From an uncultured Phycisphaerales bacterium (GTDB taxonomy: Bacteria > Planctomycetota > Phycisphaerae > Sedimentisphaerales > Anaerobacaceae): DNA of 64,000 nt. Location: positions 640,001-704,000 of the forward strand of contig OY970359.1 of the NCBI GenBank assembly GCA_963718665.1, read 5' to 3'. The notes beneath the pieces are model-generated. The model made no database searches. It was given only the letters and a program-made list of their open reading frames with translations, and was not told the origin of the DNA. Below, piece after piece: positions 57,551 to 64,000 of this stretch. How positions within the stretch are numbered: the stretch's first letter is position 1; each line of letters begins with the position of its first letter. The translations under genes and the position numbers were made by a program.

Positions 57551-58832
57551 CTATCGTCTAAAAATCGTCTGCTTTCGATTAGGCCCCACGCCTATCATCG
57601 TAACAGGTCTTTTTACGCTCTTTTCTATGAAACTCACGTAATTTTGAGCATTCAACGGCAACTGGCCAAAATCTGTTACCTGTGTGATGTCTTCTTTCCA
57701 GCCGGGCAGGGTCTGATAGATACATTTGGCTTTTTCAAGTTTATCGATATTGGCAGGGAAAAACGAGGTCTGCTTGCCGTCGATTTCATAGGCGACGCAG
57801 ACCTTAAGCTCATCGAGGCCGGTAAGGGTATCGAGGTGCATCATCGCGACCGAGTCGATTCCTCCTATTGTTGCCGAATATGAAACAACAACCGCGTCAA
57901 ACCAGCCGCATCTCCTGGGCCTGCCGGTTGTTGTGCCGTATTCATGCCCTTTGTCGCGAATGTACCGGCCTATTTCGTTATCCAGCTCCGACGGGAACGG
58001 GCCTGCGCCGACTCTCGTCGTGTATGCCTTGGAGATGCCTACGAACTCATCGACCATTTTCGCGGGCACGCCGGAACCGGAGGGCATACCCAGGCCGCTG
58101 ACATTTGCGCTGGTAACGAAAGGAAATGTGCCGTGGTCGATATCGAGCATACTACCCTGCGCCTTCGAAAAGAATCGACTTGCCTTCGGCAATAGCGTTG
58201 TGTATGTATTCCGTCGTATCGATGGTAAAGGGCAGGAGCTTCTGGGCGTAGGATTTGCATTTTTCGATTATTGGTTTGGCGTCAATCGGCTCTGCTTTAT
58301 ACAGGGCCGAGAACAATTTGTTTTTGTAATCCACAATCGTGCGCAGTTTTATCTCAAGTGAGGCGATGTCGCGCAGGTCGCCCATTCTAACGGCGTAACT
58401 TCTGCCCATCTTGTCGGCGTTGCAGGGGCCGATGCCGCGAATGGTCGTGCCTATTTTCTTTTTGCCGAGCGACTCCTCGCGCAACTGGTCTTCTTTCTTG
58501 TGATAATCCAGCACCAGATGGGCGTTTTCACTGATAAAGAGACGCTTGTCTAACTTGATGCCTTTTTGGGTAAGGGAATCAATTTCGCCGAGGAGCGTTT
58601 CGGGGTCAACAACGACCGCGTTTGTGATTACGCAAATCGCTTTGGGCCTGACAGCGCCGCTGGGCAGCAGGTGCAGCGCGAATTTATCGTTTCCCACCAC
58701 AACGGTATGGCCCGCGTTTGCGCCGCCGTTATAACGAACGACAACGTCGCTGTCTTCGGCGAGGATATCAACGACCTTACCCTTGCCTTCATCGCCCCAC
58801 TGCAATCCTATAACACAACGATTCACGCTCAA
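57551..58832 (-). pseudogene. purA: Adenylosuccinate synthetase with an apparent 2-nt frameshift near 58160 (probably a sequencing error)
   Basis: QWGDEGKGK...LFEGA in one frame, QGSMLDIDHGT...TTGRPRRCGWFD in the other; otherwise intact. Confidence 0.9.
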
Positions 58833-58925
58833 CCTCTTAAATTTATGTTTAATATAACCGGCAAGCCCCCAGGTTTATCCCGGGGGTTTATGAAAAGAGA
58901 AGTTTAATCGCCAATGGGAAGGATT

Positions 58926-59384
58926 TCAACTGATTTTCGCCACGAGATGGTCCAGTACGGCTTTCAGGTTGTCGTAATTCCTGTCGCTGATTTTACGGTC
59001 GATTTCTGTGCCGTCAGGAGTTTTGTAAGTAAAGGTGAAATGACCCTTTTTGTCGAAATCGGTCTTGTCGATTTTCTGGACTGAATCGTAAGGAATGCTT
59101 GTTTTGCCGTCGATTACAAGGGCGTTGTCATCGGCAACGACTTTTTTATTGCGGATAACCAGCAAATACACACCTAACAATGCCGCCGCGCCAACAAGAT
59201 ACGCCGGAGCTTTCTGGTTGAATACCATTGTGCCGTCGGGTTTGCCGTCAGGGGAATGTTTTTCCCTGAACGACTCATTGAAGTGACCGTCGTAAACGCA
59301 ATAAGCGGCGAAACCAACCAGGACAGCCATATAAATCAGGTATGTCTTTACCTTGTATTTGCTTACGGGAGCCACAATCGCCAT
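58926..59384 (-). CDS. Hypothetical 2-TM membrane protein with PH-like C-terminal domain
   Basis: MAIVAPVSKYK start; two hydrophobic segments. Confidence 0.65.
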   Translation of the reverse strand: MAIVAPVSKYKVKTYLIYMAVLVGFAAYCVYDGHFNESFREKHSPDGKPDGTMVFNQKAPAYLVGAAALLGVYLLVIRNKKVVADDNALVIDGKTSIPYDSVQKIDKTDFDKKGHFTFTYKTPDGTEIDRKISDRNYDNLKAVLDHLVAKIS

Positions 59385-59404
59385 AGTCAATCTCTTCCTG
59401 TGTT

Positions 59405-60160
59405 TTAGGTCAGTCGTTTTTGCGCAATAACATTGATAAGCGGGTGAACAAGATTTGGGACGATTTTGTCCGCCATCAGCTCGTCGGCGAGCATACACTG
59501 CCGGTCAAACGATTCCAGCGTGTCGAATTTGCCGGAGGCCGCGCGATACTGGCGAACTGTGAACGACAAGCTTATCGCATCTTCGAGCGTCTGCGGGGGT
59601 TTGTCGGGGTCGAAAATACTGGTTCGTGATTCGACGCTGATTCTGGCCTGGGTGCGGCAATCCTCGGAGAGCGCCACCACTATTTCGGGCGAATGGTCGA
59701 TTGCCTTTGCCAGCGGTATATCCAGCAGGCAGTTGAAAGCCGAGGAGCCAAGGGCTTCGGCTATAATCTGGTCGTGATTGCCTGCACAGAAAAAGTCCAT
59801 CGCATAGGTAACGTCGAGAGAATCCACGTCGAGATGACTTATGCCCAGCATATACGGAATCAGGCCCAGAACGAATTTGTCCTGGCTGTAAACTTCCGCG
59901 AACTCCACGGGGTTTACGATACCTGAGCTGACACGGTCCGCCTCCAGAGCCACCCAGCGGTATTGGCCGCTGCTGTGCTCCTCTTCGAGACAGTATTCGG
60001 TGTTTTCCCGGCGGGTAAAGCAGCCCATCGTGGGATACTGCTTTTGAAGCCGCTCAAAAAACGCCAGAACGGTGTCACTCTGGAGAGATAAATCAAGCTC
60101 GGTGTTGACGAACATATCCAGGTAAAAATCATCACACAGGGAACTATAGCCGTTGGCCAT
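59405..60160 (-). CDS. Conserved hypothetical protein
   Basis: 251-aa clean ORF starting MANGYSSLCDDFY with GAGG RBS. Confidence 0.7.
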   Translation of the reverse strand: MANGYSSLCDDFYLDMFVNTELDLSLQSDTVLAFFERLQKQYPTMGCFTRRENTEYCLEEEHSSGQYRWVALEADRVSSGIVNPVEFAEVYSQDKFVLGLIPYMLGISHLDVDSLDVTYAMDFFCAGNHDQIIAEALGSSAFNCLLDIPLAKAIDHSPEIVVALSEDCRTQARISVESRTSIFDPDKPPQTLEDAISLSFTVRQYRAASGKFDTLESFDRQCMLADELMADKIVPNLVHPLINVIAQKRLT

Positions 60161-60248
60161 AACTGAAGCCACCCTCAAAATATAAGCATTACTGTCCGTT
60201 CATATCCAAGTTTTATACCGGCATATTAAAGACCGGGTTCGCCCGCCA

Positions 60249-61673
60249 TTATACATTTAGATATTCGTTTTGCCAGATTTTTTCGGTTAGCTCCTCCAGT
60301 TGTTTGTCGTATGTGCTCAATATCCGCGTATATTCGGGCGATTCGAGGGCTTCTCTGGCTTTCCGGTCCGCAGGAAGGGCCTTTGCGGGCAGAACGGAAT
60401 TCCTGAATACCTCATAATGGTCTCTTATAGAGCATGGCATAAGCCAGTTTTTAGGGCACTTGCGGTTATCCAAACCGTATTCTCTCTGCCATTTTCTGCC
60501 ATTTTTCATAAAGTCGGAAAACAGGGCGTCAACCAGGTTTTTACCGTTTCGGTAAAGCTCGTATATATTATCAACATAATAGGGGATAAAGGTGCAGGGG
60601 GTAACGTTGCCGTTCCAGTCGACGTAGAAGTAGCCGCCGCCTCTGCCGTAGGCGATACAGCCACGGGATATTGTGCCGCTGTTCCAGAAATCTGCTATGC
60701 AGTATTTCTTTTCACTGAGAAGTTTTTCCCATTTTCTGTATAGCTCAAGGCGTTTGGATGGCGCAACCATCAGGTCAAGCTCGTCCTTGCCCCTGCCGAT
60801 TGGCATAAGCTGAAACTGCCACATATAAGAGGCGCCCTGCCGGTCAAAGTAAAGCTCATAAAATTTGTCATCGAGCAGAACGTCGGCGTTTTTGCTTGTC
60901 GCGGTAACGGAGATGCCGAAGGGAACTCCTGCTTTTCTGAGCCGTTCAAAAGCATCGATAACTTTGCGGTGGGTGCCGGCGCCGCGCCTGTGGTCGGTAT
61001 GCTCCTCAAAACCCTCCACTGATACTGCCGGCGTGACGTTGGCGCAATCCGCAAAACGCCGGGCGACGCCGTCGTTTATCAGCGTGCCGTTGGTGTACAT
61101 AAGAAAGAACATATCCCCGTATTTTTCAAATATATCGAAAAGCGTTTTTCCGTCGCTGTGATAGGTGAGCGGTTCGCCGCCGCTGATTGTTACGAACCTG
61201 CTGCCGCAGGTATCGTGCATTTCTCTCACAATCCTGTCAACGTATTGAAAAGGTATCGTGGCGGAAGCGTCGGCACCGGAAGAGGCATAGCAGCCGGTGC
61301 ATTTGAGATTGCATTTCTGGGTCGGCGACAGGACTATAAAAGTAGGAGGGTCTTCGCCGTATTTTTCTTTATATTTTTTGGCGGTTTCATAGTAGCTCCG
61401 GTCCTCGCCGGTAAAATTATTGCGAACGAGCACGTCTATAATCTTTTTGACGATTTTGTCCGAGACGTAACCTTTCTCGATGTTCATGACCATACAGCGC
61501 AGCATGGCCGAGAGAAACTGGTAGCGTTTCTCCTGGACCGGTTTTATGTCGTCAGATGAGTCGTTGACCACCTCCCTGTAGATATACCCGTCGATTTTTT
61601 TTACAAGGAATTTGCGGAGGTGTTTCTGGCTCACCATTTTAATCAGCACTGCGGATACGGATTCTGGTTTCAT
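60249..61673 (-). CDS. Radical SAM protein with SPASM/twitch domain
   Basis: CNLKCTGC, SGGEP, YTNG, GC...YFYVDWNGNVTPC; GGGGAG RBS. Confidence 0.92.
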   Translation of the reverse strand: MKPESVSAVLIKMVSQKHLRKFLVKKIDGYIYREVVNDSSDDIKPVQEKRYQFLSAMLRCMVMNIEKGYVSDKIVKKIIDVLVRNNFTGEDRSYYETAKKYKEKYGEDPPTFIVLSPTQKCNLKCTGCYASSGADASATIPFQYVDRIVREMHDTCGSRFVTISGGEPLTYHSDGKTLFDIFEKYGDMFFLMYTNGTLINDGVARRFADCANVTPAVSVEGFEEHTDHRRGAGTHRKVIDAFERLRKAGVPFGISVTATSKNADVLLDDKFYELYFDRQGASYMWQFQLMPIGRGKDELDLMVAPSKRLELYRKWEKLLSEKKYCIADFWNSGTISRGCIAYGRGGGYFYVDWNGNVTPCTFIPYYVDNIYELYRNGKNLVDALFSDFMKNGRKWQREYGLDNRKCPKNWLMPCSIRDHYEVFRNSVLPAKALPADRKAREALESPEYTRILSTYDKQLEELTEKIWQNEYLNV

Positions 61674-61849
61674 TTTCTTCTCCCCTAAAACAAATAAAAC
61701 CGTCAATTCCAGGCCTGCATGATGCCGCCTTCCAACCGGCCATGGGTTCGATTATTGCACCAATCTTGCCATCCTACAAGCATAAATACGGCATATTGCG
61801 AATTTACGCTTTCTCGGCAGGTAAGTGCAATGAATACGCAGGGACACCC

Positions 61850-64000
61850 TCACTTGTTCAGGTCGGGGTCGGGCAGCATCATTTCGGCAACAATGGCCGC
61901 GATTGTGGCAAGAAGCGCGGAAGCAAAGGTGTGCATTGCGCACAACGTTATCAGTTTCGATGCCGTCGAACTATGGTCAAGCGCCGCCGCGGCAACAGTG
62001 GCGAATACCCCTATAGCCGCACCAGAGACAGTCGCGGCAATAATTCGTCTCCACAATGCCGCCCCGCCGGCGCCGAGGGTTACGGCAGCCCCGCAAAGTA
62101 CCGGCGCCAAAATAACAAGCCACCTGATATCTCTTAGCCGGGGCAGCGTCAGACATATGTTCAGATAGCTGTTATATACAAAGGCAAATACCGCAACCGC
62201 AGCGATAACATAGCCGACCGCGTGCCAATAGCGGGCAGGATACGCCGAGCGGATTTCGGCGCGGCGGGCCATACGCCGGCGAATCGTCAAAGGCCAGTTA
62301 TAGAACAGGCAGAACACCCAATGCTCCAATAACGCACCCCTCTCTCCAAATACCGGCACCACGTGGACAATCTCGGTTGCCCAGTGCCCCGCCATAAACC
62401 TCGCAAGGGCCGGGTAGCGATAGGTCATTTGAATCGGAAAAGCCAGGTACCCTATATACTTGAAAAAACTAAGAAACAGCGCAATGTTGTAATCTTTGAA
62501 ATTACGGTCATGAATCGCCAAGCTGACAGTATAACACCCTCTCGCAATTGAACCGGGAGAAATAGGTATAACCTGAAACAGGACAAGAATACCCAACCCT
62601 ACCGTCCAATCCTCGGCCCAGGTTAATTCAGGATGTTTAAGCACATAAACAACAGCGCAAATAGCCGCCACAATGTGCGTCGTAGGCATCAGCAACAGAT
62701 GGACGACCAAACTAACAAGATATTTCTGAATATACGGCTCATTTATCTGAGAAAGAATCGTCTCCGCGTCGTCGTCCGTCAGGATATGTTTTTTTTGACC
62801 ATCGGCGACCATATCTCGAAGCCACTGCTCACGCAATGAGGCGTGAAAATACAGTTTAAAAGGCCTGATGAATATGGCGGAAAGTTTTTCATTTCTGAAA
62901 GCCGAATCAGTCAGGAACCGATGCAGCCCCGCGGAGATAAGGAGCAAAAACGGCAAATGCAGGAAAAATCGCCACGGCTGGTCATAGATTCTTGACGCCT
63001 GGCTGATGCTTATGCGCCCGCACCGATACCAGCCGATGGTTTTTTCGAGAATTTTCCCGTTGACCGCCCTGCAAAAATAATCCCAGCGGGTAAACATCTC
63101 CGTGTAGTGGCGTCGCCAGTCGGCCCTTGCCCGGAACCGGCGGAAAATATCGCCCAAGAAAGGTATCAGGCCAAAAAGCAAAAATAAAACCATCCGCGAT
63201 TTTTTGCCGCGGAGTTTTGCCTCGCCTTCGTCGTCGATGATATTGCGAACCTTCCAGCCAGTAATTGAGCCGGCGAGAATCTGCGACCATAATTTACCGT
63301 CGTAAAGCAACCGGACACCGTTTCTGGTAATATCAGGAATGCTACTGCGGTAAATCTGTTCGTCGGCTTTAAGCTCGTCGAGCATTCCCCGCATATTCGC
63401 GAAATGTTGCGGGTTTGCCAGCACAAATGATTCAAGCTTCGATATGTCCCCGCGGTCAAACTGCACGATTGAGCCGCGCATAATGCCTTTAGCTATCAGC
63501 GAAAAATCACCGGGACTCATCGGCAAAAACGGCAGCAGCACAAGCCCGGGCCTGAAATCGACAGCCGTCAGTCCTTTCGCGGGCTGGTCTTCAGCACCTT
63601 TGCGTTTGAGGCAGTTGGGCTGGCTTTTGCAGGTTGACCATTCGTATTGCCTGGCGAATTCGTATGCGCCGATACCGTGAAGCATATTTACGAAATCAGC
63701 CATAAATTGCTTTTTTGCGCGGTATTCGGGCGAACCGAGGTAACGAGTATCAGTGATTTTACCTCGTCGCCAGAATTTAAGCAGGTCCATCCTGTCATCG
63801 GCTTCCAGCCGCCAGGTGCGTCCCTCAACCCATTCACTCAGCTCGCCGCAACTGCCGATTTTTTCATCGACAAAGGTGGCGTGAATATTAACGACGGCCA
63901 TCTCGTCACCGAAGCGGATTTTGGCCGCCTGCCTGATGAATTTTTGCCAAAGCGCGCCTGCTCTTGCCGCCGCAGGATTGACCTGAAGCTGGAAAGGCCC
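61850..64000 (-). CDS. Large hypothetical membrane protein, 5'-truncated by the window edge
   Basis: Frame stays open from 64000; soluble N-terminal region plus many C-terminal TM segments. Confidence 0.75.
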   Translation of the reverse strand, partial: GPFQLQVNPAAARAGALWQKFIRQAAKIRFGDEMAVVNIHATFVDEKIGSCGELSEWVEGRTWRLEADDRMDLLKFWRRGKITDTRYLGSPEYRAKKQFMADFVNMLHGIGAYEFARQYEWSTCKSQPNCLKRKGAEDQPAKGLTAVDFRPGLVLLPFLPMSPGDFSLIAKGIMRGSIVQFDRGDISKLESFVLANPQHFANMRGMLDELKADEQIYRSSIPDITRNGVRLLYDGKLWSQILAGSITGWKVRNIIDDEGEAKLRGKKSRMVLFLLFGLIPFLGDIFRRFRARADWRRHYTEMFTRWDYFCRAVNGKILEKTIGWYRCGRISISQASRIYDQPWRFFLHLPFLLLISAGLHRFLTDSAFRNEKLSAIFIRPFKLYFHASLREQWLRDMVADGQKKHILTDDDAETILSQINEPYIQKYLVSLVVHLLLMPTTHIVAAICAVVYVLKHPELTWAEDWTVGLGILVLFQVIPISPGSIARGCYTVSLAIHDRNFKDYNIALFLSFFKYIGYLAFPIQMTYRYPALARFMAGHWATEIVHVVPVFGERGALLEHWVFCLFYNWPLTIRRRMARRAEIRSAYPARYWHAVGYVIAAVAVFAFVYNSYLNICLTLPRLRDIRWLVILAPVLCGAAVTLGAGGAALWRRIIAATVSGAAIGVFATVAAAALDHSSTASKLITLCAMHTFASALLATIAAIVAEMMLPDPDLNK

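Noticed and set aside
58150..58170. Programmed frameshift in purA
   Set aside because: No slippery heptamer or stimulatory structure; it breaks the conserved EGAQG motif and shares its context with two other indels

Overview
Bacterial chromosomal window. The gene content and protein styles suggest Planctomycetota, probably Phycisphaerae/Sedimentisphaerales-like; this is an inference. It is mostly housekeeping: efp, lptF/G, thiC with a TPP riboswitch, rimO, pgsA, rpsU, hflX, ppdK, pckG, pheT, 6S RNA, glgP, cimA, panB, and a purA-uppS-cdsA-phoH-HD-ybeY-recO cluster. An accessory stretch at about 23.4-34.6 kb around tRNA-His holds an Mrr-like nuclease, a DUF3800-like gene, an HNH-AP2 gene, a type IIG-like R-M fusion and a BRO gene. 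The most striking unexplained structure is a minus-strand unit at about 27.2-28.9 kb. It has four tandem GAC-N7-GTC enhancer-like sites, a clean sigma54 promoter, a non-phosphorylatable receiver-like gene, about 760 nt of non-coding sequence with four repeated 'CU-rich tract + GCTGG...CCAGC hairpin' units, and a 42-aa membrane microprotein. The CU tracts are complementary to GGGAGA-type SD sequences and to the 5' leader of a nearby sigma54 activator that lacks a regulatory domain. This suggests a Qrr-like sibling-sRNA feedback circuit (hypothesis). Other notable items: a TPP riboswitch with an extra hairpin in L5, an unannotated 9-Cys microprotein, a REP-like element inserted in frame in a protease gene, three frameshifts sharing a GGCGCAG context, and a GC-skew inversion near 20 kb.
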